From Sphingomonadales bacterium (lineage in GTDB: Bacteria > Pseudomonadota > Alphaproteobacteria > Sphingomonadales > Sphingomonadaceae): DNA of 64,000 bases. Below, piece by piece: positions 54,018 to 64,000 of the stretch (position 1 is the first letter of the stretch; each line of letters begins with the position of its first letter). The stretch covers positions 13,487-77,486 of the forward strand of contig JBBQPR010000004.1 of assembly GCA_038217075.1 (NCBI GenBank), given 5' to 3'. The notes under the pieces were generated by a model. The model was given only the letters and a program-made list of their open reading frames with translations. It was not told the origin of the DNA and did not search any database. Position numbers and translations under genes: made by a program.

Positions 54018-57000
54018 ATGACGACCGGTGCCTATGATCGCTTTGGCGGTGAGTTCCTCGTCAACACGACGATTGCGGGCGCCCAACTCGATTCCGCGCT
54101 CACCGCGCTTGCCGGCGGCGGCTTCGTCATCAGCTGGACCGACAACAGCGCATCGGGCGGCGACACCAGCGGCGCCAGCGTCCGCGCCCAGATGTACGAC
54201 GCCAACGGCACGGCGGTCGGCGGCGAATTCCTCGTCAACACCGCAACATCCGCCGGCCAGTTGCAACCCAGCATCACCGGCCTTGCGTCGGGCGGCTTCG
54301 TCGTCAGCTGGACCGACAACAGCACCCAGGGCGACACCAGCAGTTCCGGCATCAAGGCGCAGATCTATGATGCCAGCGGCGCTGCGGTCGGCGGTGAATT
54401 CGTCGTCAACACCGTCACGCAACTGGCCCAGTCCCAGCAAAGCATCACCGCCTTGTCGTCCGGCGGCTTTGTCGCCACCTGGACCGATGCCAGCGGCCTG
54501 AAACCGGACAACAAGGGCACCGGCATCAAGGCGCAAGTCTTTGATTCCACCGGCCACAAGATCGGCGCCGAATTCCTCGTCAACACCACCATCACCGGCA
54601 GCCAGCAATTCTCGTCCGTCACCGCGCTCGCAACGGGCGGCTTTGTCACCACCTGGACCGACGGCAGCGGCCAGAACGGCGACAACAGCGGCAACGGCGT
54701 CAAGGGCCAGATCTTCAATGCCACCGGCATGAAGGTCGGCACGGAATTCCAGGTCAACACCATCACCGCGCAAACCCAGGACCAATCGAGCGTCACCTCG
54801 CTCAGCAACGGCAATTTCGTCGTCACCTGGCGCGATCTCAGTCAGGTCGACGACACCAGCGGCGCCGGCGTCAAGGCGCAGATCTTCAGTTCAAACGGGC
54901 AAAAGATCGGCGGCGAATTCCTCGTCAACGCCATGCAGATCAACACCCAGGACAATCCGACCGTTACCGGCCTGGCCGGCGGCGGCTTCGCGGTCAGCTG
55001 GCGCGACAACAGCGCGCTCATAGGCGACAGCAGCAGCTTCGGGGTGAAAATCCAGGTCTTCGACGCTGCGGGCAGCAAGGTCGGCACCGAATTTCTCGCC
55101 AATACAACCACACAGAACAGCCAGGAACAGCCCAGGATCACCGCCCTCGCCTCTGGCGCCATCGTCGTAAGCTGGACCGACTACAGCCAGCAGGGCGGCG
55201 ATTCGAGCGGCACCGGCATAAAGGCGCAGATTTTCGCCCCCAGCAGCCAGTCGATCACAGACATCGCGATCAGTTCGACCATGCTGGCCGAAACATCGGT
55301 GCAGAACCTGTCGGTCGCGACGCTCAGCGCCAATGGCGCGCTCAATGCCGCGCACAGTTATCAACTGGTCGATGATTCAACCGGCGGCGCCTTTGCCATC
55401 ATCGGCGATCGGCTCGTTGTCATCGACAGCACGAAACTGGATTACGAAGTCTTCCAGAACGCCGATGTGACCGTGCGCGCCACCGACAATTTCGGCAATG
55501 TTTTCGACAAGATCATCAGCCTCGAAATCACCGATTCCGTCATCGAAGCGCGTTATTCCGGCAGCGCCGACATCCTTGAAAACACCGCCACCAGAAACAA
55601 CCAGCAATCACCCGCGGTCGCATCGTTGGGCGCCGGCGGCTATGTCGTCACCTGGTCCGACAACAGCGGTTTCGGCGGCGACACCAGCAGCAACGGCATC
55701 AAGGCGCAGTTGCACGACGCGCAGGGCAACCGCATCGGTCTCGAACTGTCGGTCAACACCACCATCGCCGGCAGCCAGGACCATCCGGCTGCCGCGTCGC
55801 TGGCATCGGGGGGCTTTGTCATCACCTGGGCCGACGCCAGCGCACAGGGCGGCGACACCAGCGGTTATGGCATCAAGGCGCAAATATACGATAGCGCCGG
55901 CGGCCGGGTTGGCGGCGAATTCCTCGTCAACACCGCCACCGCCGGGGCCCAGAACGCCCCCAGCGTCGCAACATTGGCAACAGGCGGCTTCGTCGTCACC
56001 TGGACCGACGCCAGCCAGACCGGCGGCGATACCAGCAGCACTTCGATAAAGGGCCAGGTCTTCGATGCGCTGGGCAGCGCCATCGGCACGGAATTCCGCG
56101 TCAATTCCTCGACGCTGAATGGGCAGGACAGTTCATCCGTGACCGCGCTCGACAGCGGCGGCTTTGTCGTCACCTGGCGCGATAACAGCGGACAGGGCGG
56201 CGATTCCAGCCGGGACAGCGTCAAGGCGCAATTGTTCGACGCCAGCGGCAACCCTGTCGGCGCCGAAGTGCTGGTCAACACCGAAACCGCCAACAGCCAG
56301 CAGGTGCCGGTCGTCGCCGGGCTGGATACCGGCGGTTATGTCATCGTCTGGGCCGACAGCAGCGGCAGCGGCGGCGACAATGATTATTTCGGCATCAAGG
56401 CGCAGATCTACGATGCGGCCGGCAGCCGCGTCGGCGGCGAAATCCTGGTCAATACAACCATTGCGGGCGGCCAGCTCCAGCCAACCGTGACAGCGCTGGA
56501 TTTCGGCGGCTTCGTCATCGGCTGGGCCGATTACAGCGGCGTTAATTCCGAACAGGGCACCGCCGGCATCAAGGCGCAGATGTTCGACGATTTCGGCGAT
56601 CGCGTCGGCAACGAAATCGCCGTCAACACCGAAACGCTTGGTGTTCAAGCCGAACCCCGGATCGCGCTGCTGCCCGATGGCGGCTTTGTCATCGCCTGGA
56701 CGGATTACAGCGGCCAGGGTGGCGATGCGTCCGGCACCAGCGTCAAGACCAAGCTGTTCACGCCCCTGCCCAACCAGGGCCCGCCGCCGCACATCATCGC
56801 CGTAACCGACACGCTCGACGCAACCGAGGACACCCCGGCGCAATTCACCGCGGCCACCCTTACGCTCAACGATCTTGATGCAAGCAACAGCCCGCTCACC
56901 GTCACCGGCGTCTCTGCGGTTTCGGGCGGCAGCGTGGTGCTCAACCCCGATGGCACGATCGATTTCAACCCCGATCCCAATTTCGCCGGGCGCGCCGTGT

Positions 57001-58553
57001 TCAACTATACGGTCGTCGACACCGATGGCTTCACCGCAACCGGGCGAGTCAACGTCAACGTCGCCAACACCAATGATCCGCCGGTCGGCGTCGATGATCA
57101 CATCACCATCACCCAGAACAGCAGCAGCATCGCTGCATCGGCGCTGCTGGCCAACGATATCAACATCGATCCCGGCGACAGCCTCAGCATCACCGCGGTA
57201 TCGGCCGCCACCGGCAACGGCATCGCGCTGACCCTCAACAACGGCAGCATCACCTTCAATCTGGGCAGCGCGTTTGTCGCGCTCGGCGCCGGCCAGTCGG
57301 TCACCGACAGCTTCGCCTATACCCTCACCGACAGCTTCGGCCTCACCTCGACGGCTAATGTCACGCTGACGATCAACGGCCTCAACGATGCGCCGGTGAA
57401 CCTTGCCCTGACGGGTGCCAGCGTCGATGAAAACGCCGCCAACGGCACCATCATCGGCAACCTGACCGCCAGCGATCCGGATGCTGGCGATACCCTCACT
57501 TATTCGCTCACCGACAACGCCGGCGGCCGCTTTGCCGTCGATGCCACCACCGGCGTGCTCAGCGTCGCCGACGGCAGCCTGCTGGATTTCGAAACTTCGC
57601 CCACCCAAACCATCGTCAGCCGCGCCACCGATGCCAATGGTGCGTTCGTTGAAACCAGCTTCGTCATCGCGCTCAACAATCTGCCGGAACCGATGTTCTG
57701 GATGGGCGACAATGGTGCCAACGTCTTTGCGGCGCCTACCAACGATTTCTGGACGATCAGCGGCTTTGGCGGCAACGACACGATCACCGGCAACGCCAGC
57801 AGCGACACGATCTCGGGCGGCACCGGCAATGATGTGCTCGATGGCGGCGCGGGTGCCGATTTCCTATATGGCGGCACCGGCAACGACATCTTCTTTGTCG
57901 ATAATATCGGTGACAAGGTCATCGAATATGCCGGCGAAGGCAGTGATCTCGTCTATTCGAGCGTCAGCTACACGCTCGACGTCAATGTCGAAAACCTGAC
58001 CCTGACCGGTACCGGCGACATCAACGCCACCGGCAACGACACCACCAACACCATCAACGGCAATGCCGGCAACAACATCATCGACGGCGGTGACGGCAAG
58101 GATTTCCTGCTCGGCAATGATGGCAATGATTTGATCATCGGCGGCACCGGCAATGACACGGTGCTCGGCGGCAACGGCAACGATACGCTGATCGGCGGTG
58201 CCGGCGTCGATCAATTGACCGGCGGCGCGGGCGCCGACACCTTTGTGTTCGACAGCCTGACCGTCACAGCCGATCGCGACATCATCAAGGATTTCACCCA
58301 TGGCGTCGACAAACTCGCCTTTTCCGAAGCGACGTTTGCGGCCTTTGCCGGCACACCGACGGGCGATCTGCCCGCCGCGGCCTTCCTCATCGGCAGCCAG
58401 GCAACCACCGCCGATCAGCACATCATCTACAACAGCGGCACCGGTGGGCTGTTCTATGATCCCGATGGCGTCGGCGGCCTCGCCCAGATCCAGATCGCCC
58501 AGATCAACATCGGCACCACCGTCACCTATCAGGACATCCTGCTTATCGGCTGA
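54018..58553 (+). CDS. RTX-type T1SS substrate / adhesin: two 7-repeat blocks, cadherin/Ig-like domains, RTX nonapeptides
   Basis: 14 ~58-aa repeats (GGEFLVNT..Q..P....L..GGFVV.W.D...GIKAQ.FD..G); LDYE/LDFE cadherin motifs; GGxGxD repeats; no signal peptide. Confidence 0.9.
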   Translation: MTTGAYDRFGGEFLVNTTIAGAQLDSALTALAGGGFVISWTDNSASGGDTSGASVRAQMYDANGTAVGGEFLVNTATSAGQLQPSITGLASGGFVVSWTDNSTQGDTSSSGIKAQIYDASGAAVGGEFVVNTVTQLAQSQQSITALSSGGFVATWTDASGLKPDNKGTGIKAQVFDSTGHKIGAEFLVNTTITGSQQFSSVTALATGGFVTTWTDGSGQNGDNSGNGVKGQIFNATGMKVGTEFQVNTITAQTQDQSSVTSLSNGNFVVTWRDLSQVDDTSGAGVKAQIFSSNGQKIGGEFLVNAMQINTQDNPTVTGLAGGGFAVSWRDNSALIGDSSSFGVKIQVFDAAGSKVGTEFLANTTTQNSQEQPRITALASGAIVVSWTDYSQQGGDSSGTGIKAQIFAPSSQSITDIAISSTMLAETSVQNLSVATLSANGALNAAHSYQLVDDSTGGAFAIIGDRLVVIDSTKLDYEVFQNADVTVRATDNFGNVFDKIISLEITDSVIEARYSGSADILENTATRNNQQSPAVASLGAGGYVVTWSDNSGFGGDTSSNGIKAQLHDAQGNRIGLELSVNTTIAGSQDHPAAASLASGGFVITWADASAQGGDTSGYGIKAQIYDSAGGRVGGEFLVNTATAGAQNAPSVATLATGGFVVTWTDASQTGGDTSSTSIKGQVFDALGSAIGTEFRVNSSTLNGQDSSSVTALDSGGFVVTWRDNSGQGGDSSRDSVKAQLFDASGNPVGAEVLVNTETANSQQVPVVAGLDTGGYVIVWADSSGSGGDNDYFGIKAQIYDAAGSRVGGEILVNTTIAGGQLQPTVTALDFGGFVIGWADYSGVNSEQGTAGIKAQMFDDFGDRVGNEIAVNTETLGVQAEPRIALLPDGGFVIAWTDYSGQGGDASGTSVKTKLFTPLPNQGPPPHIIAVTDTLDATEDTPAQFTAATLTLNDLDASNSPLTVTGVSAVSGGSVVLNPDGTIDFNPDPNFAGRAVFNYTVVDTDGFTATGRVNVNVANTNDPPVGVDDHITITQNSSSIAASALLANDINIDPGDSLSITAVSAATGNGIALTLNNGSITFNLGSAFVALGAGQSVTDSFAYTLTDSFGLTSTANVTLTINGLNDAPVNLALTGASVDENAANGTIIGNLTASDPDAGDTLTYSLTDNAGGRFAVDATTGVLSVADGSLLDFETSPTQTIVSRATDANGAFVETSFVIALNNLPEPMFWMGDNGANVFAAPTNDFWTISGFGGNDTITGNASSDTISGGTGNDVLDGGAGADFLYGGTGNDIFFVDNIGDKVIEYAGEGSDLVYSSVSYTLDVNVENLTLTGTGDINATGNDTTNTINGNAGNNIIDGGDGKDFLLGNDGNDLIIGGTGNDTVLGGNGNDTLIGGAGVDQLTGGAGADTFVFDSLTVTADRDIIKDFTHGVDKLAFSEATFAAFAGTPTGDLPAAAFLIGSQATTADQHIIYNSGTGGLFYDPDGVGGLAQIQIAQINIGTTVTYQDILLIG

Positions 58554-58630
58554 TGCGCCGATAGTGGTTCCCGATAGGCCGAACGGGCGTTACCATCGGC
58601 CCCGCCCGGTTGATGCGAGAGGGACAGGCG

Positions 58631-59005
58631 ATGCGCGTGATGGTGTTCGTGAAGGCAACGGCGGACAGCGAGCGCGGCCTGATGCCCACGCCCGAAGCCT
58701 TTGCGGCGATGGGCCGCTTCAACGACGAACTCACCGCGGCCGGCATCCTGCGCGAGGCCGACGGGTTGAAACCGTCATCGGATGGCAAGCGCATCGCCTT
58801 TGATGGCGCCACCCGCACTGTCATCGACGGCCCGTTCACCCCGCCCGATGCCCTCGTCGCCGGCTATTGGATCTGGGACGTCAAGGACATGGACGAAGCC
58901 ATCCAATGGGTGAAACGCTGCCCCAACCCCATGCCCGGCCCCAGCGAAATCGAAATCCGCCCGTTTTATGAAATGGCCGATTTCGAAGGGATATTGCCAA
59001 CGTAG
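58631..59005 (+). CDS. YciI family protein
   Basis: EL..AGIL....GL.PS, DGPF, VAGYW, W.KRCP, EIRP. Confidence 0.88.
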   Translation: MRVMVFVKATADSERGLMPTPEAFAAMGRFNDELTAAGILREADGLKPSSDGKRIAFDGATRTVIDGPFTPPDALVAGYWIWDVKDMDEAIQWVKRCPNPMPGPSEIEIRPFYEMADFEGILPT

Positions 59006-59029
59006 CGGTCGCCATCCAAATTCGCCCCG

Positions 59030-60337
59030 CTATTTCTCCCGGAACGCGTTGTCCCGCAACTTGGTCACCGGGTTCAGAATATAGGACAACACCGAACGCT
59101 TGTGGCCCAACAGATCGACCTCGGCGATCATCCCGGCGCCCACCGGCAACAGCATGCCGTCCCGCGCCTTCAACCCCGCCTGATCGGTCCGCACACGCAC
59201 CTGGAAATGCGTTTCCCCGGTGCGTTCATTCACCACCGCGTCGGGCGAAATCCGCTCGACATGGCCGCTCAACGTCCCGTAGATCGATGAATCATAGGCC
59301 GTCAGCTTCACGATCGCCTTTTGCCCGGTACGCACGAAACCGATATCCGCCGGCCGCACATCGGCATCGATCACCAGCGTATCGCCGCCCGGCACCACCT
59401 CCACCAACGGTTCGCCCGGCCGCACCGATCCGCCGATGGTATTGACCAGCACGCGGTTGACCGTGCCGGCAATCGGCGCGCGCAATTCGGTGCGCTCCAC
59501 CCGGTTTTTCAACGACGGCAGGCTGGCCGATTGGCTGGCCAGTTCCAGCCGCGCCGCCGCCAGCGTATCCACCGCCTGCGACCGATATTTGCCATTGGCG
59601 GCGCGCAGCCCGGCATTGGCCTCGGCAATCGACGCCCGCGCCCGGCTTACGGTTTGCGCCGCCCCCGCCTCGGCGGCACGCGCCTGTGCCAATGCCGACC
59701 GGGCACGATCCAGCGCGATACGCGGCTCGATGCCCTTTTCGACCAGCGGCCCCATCAAATCCGCCTCCCGCGCCGCCTGTGCCCGCGCCTCCTGCCGCAC
59801 CGCCAGCATGCTTTCCGCCTCGGCCAGCGCCCGGGTCGCGCCATCGATCCGGGCGCTCTCGCTCGCCGTCGCTGCCGCCAGATCGACCCGCCGCGCCGCA
59901 TAGACCAACCGTTCCGCCGCCACCGCCGCCGGCGCCGCCGCCGCCAGCCCCGCCGGAAATTCCGGTGCCGCGCCCCGCACTTCCGCCTCCAGCCTGGCAA
60001 TACGCGCCGCCATCGCCGCTGCATTGGCGCTGGTCTTGCCATAATCGCCATCGGCGCTTTGCGGGTCGAGCCGTAACAACACCTGGCCCGCCTGTACGCT
60101 GTCGCCGGGCTTCACCAGGATCGCTTTCACCACCCCGCCTTCCAGGTTGCTGACCACCTGCAACTGCCGCGACGGCACCACCCGCCCGCCGGCCACCGCC
60201 GTTTCGTCGATCTGCGCCAGCCCGGCCCAGCCCAGCATGGCGACGCTGAACCCGGCGATCGACCACAGCAGCACCCTGGAAGCCGTGGAAGGCTCCATCC
60301 GGTCCGGCAACGATTCAACCGTGGTGGCGAGCGACAT
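59030..60337 (-). CDS. Type I secretion membrane fusion protein (HlyD family)
   Basis: G.VVPS...Q.V..LEGG.V, coiled coil, RAP..G.V, DIGFV, AYD..IYG. Confidence 0.94.
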   Translation of the reverse strand: MSLATTVESLPDRMEPSTASRVLLWSIAGFSVAMLGWAGLAQIDETAVAGGRVVPSRQLQVVSNLEGGVVKAILVKPGDSVQAGQVLLRLDPQSADGDYGKTSANAAAMAARIARLEAEVRGAAPEFPAGLAAAAPAAVAAERLVYAARRVDLAAATASESARIDGATRALAEAESMLAVRQEARAQAAREADLMGPLVEKGIEPRIALDRARSALAQARAAEAGAAQTVSRARASIAEANAGLRAANGKYRSQAVDTLAAARLELASQSASLPSLKNRVERTELRAPIAGTVNRVLVNTIGGSVRPGEPLVEVVPGGDTLVIDADVRPADIGFVRTGQKAIVKLTAYDSSIYGTLSGHVERISPDAVVNERTGETHFQVRVRTDQAGLKARDGMLLPVGAGMIAEVDLLGHKRSVLSYILNPVTKLRDNAFREK

Positions 60338-60350
60338 CGGCGAGTCCTTC

Positions 60351-60425
60351 AGAGCGTGATGGCATTAGATGGGGTCGCCCCGCACGGGTTGCCATGGTGA
60401 TCCGGTCTGATGTCATCATGGGCTA
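60351..60425. repeat. Long palindromic MITE-like element inside the T1SS operon
   Basis: About 24-bp stem GTGATGGCATTAGATGGGGTCGCC / GGTGATCCGGTCTGATGTCATCAT with G-T pairs and one mismatch; AGAGC...CTA ends. Confidence 0.6.
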
Positions 60426-62141
60426 GGCCACGGCCATCGATTTCAGCACTTCGTCGCGCGGCCCCGCGGCGACGATCTTGCCCTTGTCGAGAATGATGAT
60501 GCGATTGACCAGCTTCAACATGGTCTGGCGGTGGGTGATCAACACCAATGTGCGGCCGGCCAGTTCGGTATCCAGCCGGGCGATCAGCGCCTTTTCGGAT
60601 TGCGTATCCATGGCGCTGGTCGGTTCATCGAACAACAGGATCGGCTTTTCCGCCACCAGCGCCCGCGCCACCGCAATGGACTGCCGCTGCCCGCCCGAAA
60701 GTCCCTCGCCCCGGTCGGCCAGCCGCAGGTCATAGCCATTGGCGATGCCCCCCATGAAATCATTGGTGCCCGACAATCTCGCCGCCTGCAGCACCGCCTC
60801 GTCATCCACGCCCTCGACCCCCAGCGCGATATTCTCCCGCACCGATCCCGACAGCAGCACAACGTCCTGCAATACCGCGCCGATATTGCCGCGCAGATCA
60901 TCGGGGTGCAGCTGTCGCACATCGGCGCCATCGACCATAACGGCCCCCTCATCGGGCTCGTACAGCCCCAGGATCAGCCGCGCGATGGTTGATTTGCCCG
61001 ATCCGACCCGGCCGATAATGGCGACGCGTTCCCCCGGCTTGATATCGAACGACAGGTCATCCAGCGCCCGCACCGTCGATCCCGGGTAACGAAAGATCAC
61101 GTTGCGAAACGCCACCCCTCCCGACAGCCGCCGGCGGCGCAGCGTCGATGTGCCGGTCGATCCCTCGTCCTCTGCCGTCATGAACCGGTCCAGCGCCTGA
61201 TAAGCCGACCGCGTATGGCTCAAACGGGTCAACAGCGCCGCAATCTGCCCCAGCGGCCCGACGCAACGCCCCGACAGGATCGAGGCCGCGATCAACCCGC
61301 CCATGGTCAGCGAATGATTGGCGATCATCACCACGCCGAAACACACGGTCATCACATAGGTAAGGCTCTGCGCCGTCGTCGCGGCGTTGATGGCAATCGA
61401 CGACACCAGCCGCTGGCGCAGCGATGAATCGGCGTGCTCCGCCACCGCATCCCGCCAGCGCCGCGCCAGCAATGGTCCGGCCTGGCTGGATTTCACCGTC
61501 TCCAAGCCACCAATCGCCTCGACGATCACCCCCTGCTTGGCCATGCCCTGCCCCAGCCCCGCCGCCGCCAGCCGCGCCAGCACCGGCTGCGATGCCCAGG
61601 CCACCCCGATCACCACCGGAATGGCAACGATCGACACCCACACCAGCGGTCCGGCGACCAGCGCGATCACCGCCAGGAACAGCAGGATGAACGGCACATC
61701 GACAATCGCCGCCAACGTTGCAGAGGTGAAAAACTCGCGCAGCGTCTCGAATTCGCGCAGCAACCCGGCAAAGGCCCCGTTCGAACCCTTGCGATCGGCC
61801 ATTCGCATGGTCAGCAACCGTTCGAACAACGCGCTGCCCAGTTGCGCATCGATGTTCTTGCCCGCCACATCGATGAAATAGCCCCTGAGCGATCGCAGGA
61901 TGAAATCGAACACCAGCACGATCAACACGCCGATCATCAGCGCGATCATCGAATCCACCGCATTGTTGGGCACGATCTTGTTGTAAACCGTCATCGAAAA
62001 CAGCGATGTCGCCAGCGCGAACACGTTGATCAGCGCCGCCGCCACCGCCACCTGGACGTACAGCGCCCGGTTGGCCCGCATCGGCCCGGTCAACCATTCG
62101 GCAATCCGGGCGCGGGGAATGGGCAACATCGCACCGGTCAT
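60423..62141 (-). CDS. Type I secretion ABC permease/ATPase (no N-terminal C39 domain)
   Basis: TM domain; GRVGSGKS, LSGGQRQ, FDEPTS, ITH. Confidence 0.94.
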   Translation of the reverse strand: MTGAMLPIPRARIAEWLTGPMRANRALYVQVAVAAALINVFALATSLFSMTVYNKIVPNNAVDSMIALMIGVLIVLVFDFILRSLRGYFIDVAGKNIDAQLGSALFERLLTMRMADRKGSNGAFAGLLREFETLREFFTSATLAAIVDVPFILLFLAVIALVAGPLVWVSIVAIPVVIGVAWASQPVLARLAAAGLGQGMAKQGVIVEAIGGLETVKSSQAGPLLARRWRDAVAEHADSSLRQRLVSSIAINAATTAQSLTYVMTVCFGVVMIANHSLTMGGLIAASILSGRCVGPLGQIAALLTRLSHTRSAYQALDRFMTAEDEGSTGTSTLRRRRLSGGVAFRNVIFRYPGSTVRALDDLSFDIKPGERVAIIGRVGSGKSTIARLILGLYEPDEGAVMVDGADVRQLHPDDLRGNIGAVLQDVVLLSGSVRENIALGVEGVDDEAVLQAARLSGTNDFMGGIANGYDLRLADRGEGLSGGQRQSIAVARALVAEKPILLFDEPTSAMDTQSEKALIARLDTELAGRTLVLITHRQTMLKLVNRIIILDKGKIVAAGPRDEVLKSMAVA

Positions 62142-63541
62142 GGCCTGCCCCCATCGGTCACTTCGACCCCGAACGCCGGCAATATCTCCCCGGTGCGGGC
62201 CAGCAACGTATACCGCGCCACATCGCGTTCGATGGCGCCTTGCAAATAGGTCGACGCCGCCGCCGCAAAATCCTGCTCGACGCGCAATACATCCAGCAGG
62301 CTGCCCCGCGACAGGCGGAACTGTTCCACCGTCACATCCCGGGCGCGGCGATTGGCGCGATAGGCATCCTCCAGCGCCGCCAGATTTCGATCCAGCAACT
62401 GGCTGTCGGCAAGCGCCGCCGTTGCATCACGCTCGGCTTCTGCCTTGGCCTGCTCCTCGTCGAAATGCGCCGCCCGCGCCCGCGCCCGCGCCTGTGCCAC
62501 CCGCGCCGCCTCGGCCCCGCCCAGCCCGAACGACTGGCGCAGCACGAACTGCCCGCGCACGTCATAATCGCGGTTGCGCGCGAACACGTCATACCGCGTC
62601 GCCGTAAACCCCACCGACAGCCGTGGCAGCCGGTCCGCCCCCGTCGCCCGCGCTTCCGCCGCCGCCGATTCCGCGCGCGCCGCCGCCGAAACAACCCCCG
62701 GCGCCGCATGGCTCATTGTCACCGCGGCATCGGTACTCGTCGCCACCGAAGCCGGTGACGACGGCCAGTCGAGCCGTTGCGCCGGCGCCTCCCCGAATGC
62801 CTCGCCAAACCGCGCCCGGGCATCGGCAAGCGCCCGGTCGATCCGCACCGCCCGGCCAATCGCATCGGCAAGCCCGGCTTCGGCCCGCGCCACATCGCCG
62901 CCCGAACCAAGCCCGGCTTGCTCCCGCGTTCGCGTATCCCCGGCAATCGCCTGCAACCGCGACACGCTGGCCCGCGCCATATCGGCCAGCGACTGGAACA
63001 TCAGCACATCATACCAGGCCGCCACCGCCCGTAGCGTCGTCGCGGTCGCCACCCGCTCACTTTCGGCAACAGCCGACCGCAATGCCGCCGAAGCCCCCGA
63101 AATCCGCCGCCCGGTAGCGCCGAAATCCCACAGCAACTGGTCCCCCCGCAGGCTGACATCGGATCGCGACCGTGGCTGCAGGCTTTCGACAATGGCAGTA
63201 TTGGCACCGAAATCCCGCGCCACCGATCGCCCGACCACCAATTGCAGGTCCAGCCGTGGAAACAGCCCGGCGCGCACCTCCGTCCGCCGCGCTTCAGCCT
63301 CATCGGTCGATGCCTCGGCCGAACCGACCGTCGGATGCCGCACCACCGCCGCCCGCACCGCCGCCTGGAATGCGTCGGTCATGTCCTGATGATGCAGAAA
63401 CAGGATCAACGGGTCGGCCGTAAAATCGATCGATTGCGGGTTCTGGCTCGGCATCGGGAGCAGCGGAACCGGTTGCGCACCGGCCATACCACCGGTCAAC
63501 ATCGCAAACAGCCATGGCGCCACACCAAAAACGCCGCGCAT
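62138..63541 (-). CDS. TolC family outer membrane protein
   Basis: Signal peptide; P.L.L, Q.LWDFG, QF....G.LLDVL; in an operon with the ABC and HlyD genes. Confidence 0.88.
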   Translation of the reverse strand: MRGVFGVAPWLFAMLTGGMAGAQPVPLLPMPSQNPQSIDFTADPLILFLHHQDMTDAFQAAVRAAVVRHPTVGSAEASTDEAEARRTEVRAGLFPRLDLQLVVGRSVARDFGANTAIVESLQPRSRSDVSLRGDQLLWDFGATGRRISGASAALRSAVAESERVATATTLRAVAAWYDVLMFQSLADMARASVSRLQAIAGDTRTREQAGLGSGGDVARAEAGLADAIGRAVRIDRALADARARFGEAFGEAPAQRLDWPSSPASVATSTDAAVTMSHAAPGVVSAAARAESAAAEARATGADRLPRLSVGFTATRYDVFARNRDYDVRGQFVLRQSFGLGGAEAARVAQARARARAAHFDEEQAKAEAERDATAALADSQLLDRNLAALEDAYRANRRARDVTVEQFRLSRGSLLDVLRVEQDFAAAASTYLQGAIERDVARYTLLARTGEILPAFGVEVTDGGRP

Positions 63542-63818
63542 CAGGCACAGCGACCCACCGCAATGGCCCGCCGACCTAATCGATAACAACCGTAAACCCA
63601 CCCCTGAACCGTCCCGAATCGATAGCGCAAACCGCCTTCCATGGTCACCAAACCACGCCAGACCGCCGTTTTTGGTATCGCGTTCCAACGGCTTGCATAA
63701 GACACCCGAACGGACATGCTCCGCATGACCCATCCCGGACCCGATTGGCGCGCAGGCGCAGCGAACGCACAACCCGCGCGGTGTCGGCACGATTGCACAG
63801 AATGATGAAGAAAGGCGG

Positions 63819-63894
63819 TGGTGGGTCCAGCGGGATTCGAACCCGCGACCTAGCGCTTAAAAGGCGCGCGCTCTACCGATTGAGCTATGGACCC
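63819..63894 (-). tRNA. tRNA-Lys (TTT)
   Basis: 76-nt cloverleaf GGGTCCA...TGGACCC-A-CCA, anticodon loop CTTTTAA, T-loop TTCGAAT. Confidence 0.97.
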
Positions 63895-64000
63895 ACACTG
63901 CATCGTCGGCGAAACCATGTTCATCGCAACCGCGATTGACAAGATCGCTAACGCGAGGCGCGCGCTTTAGGACGCATTGCGCGCGCGCGCAACTGCCTCG

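Noticed and set aside
63819-63894. Prophage or ICE at tRNA-Lys; C-U mismatch at the top of the anticodon stem
   Set aside because: No integrase or att duplication seen; a single 27-43 mismatch is tolerated in functional tRNAs.

Overview
GC-rich alphaproteobacterial chromosome segment. Gene content and order (ispDF-cinA, ratA-lipA, lipoyl-bearing pdhB, ccrM-rnhB, split pntA) suggest Sphingomonadales; this is inference. Most of the window is housekeeping: ispDF, lipA, pdhA/B/C-lpdA, ftsB, pntAB, folP, ccrM, rnhB, thiD, glmM, hisS-prfA-prmC, ppa, ispG, gdhA and tRNA-Lys(TTT). Accessory or unusual parts: (1) an AT-richer 1.3-kb insert (about 13195-14500) in which small orphan genes are bounded by a family of ~30-bp same-orientation imperfect palindromes, a cassette-array-like layout with no recombinase in the window; (2) a ~105-nt multi-hairpin repeat present twice with compensatory base changes (13036 and 34064); (3) a four-gene exported module: Tat-signal DapA-family lyase, soluble PQQ dehydrogenase, cytochrome c and NHL-repeat protein; (4) an RTX protein with two 7-repeat blocks, a GT4 and a type I secretion system next to tRNA-Lys; (5) seven GANTC sites in 103 bp upstream of ccrM; (6) a stop-less dienelactone hydrolase running in frame into an FKBP, and a folP whose apparent N-terminus lacks a canonical start codon. 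All calls come from motif recognition by eye; no database searches were run.
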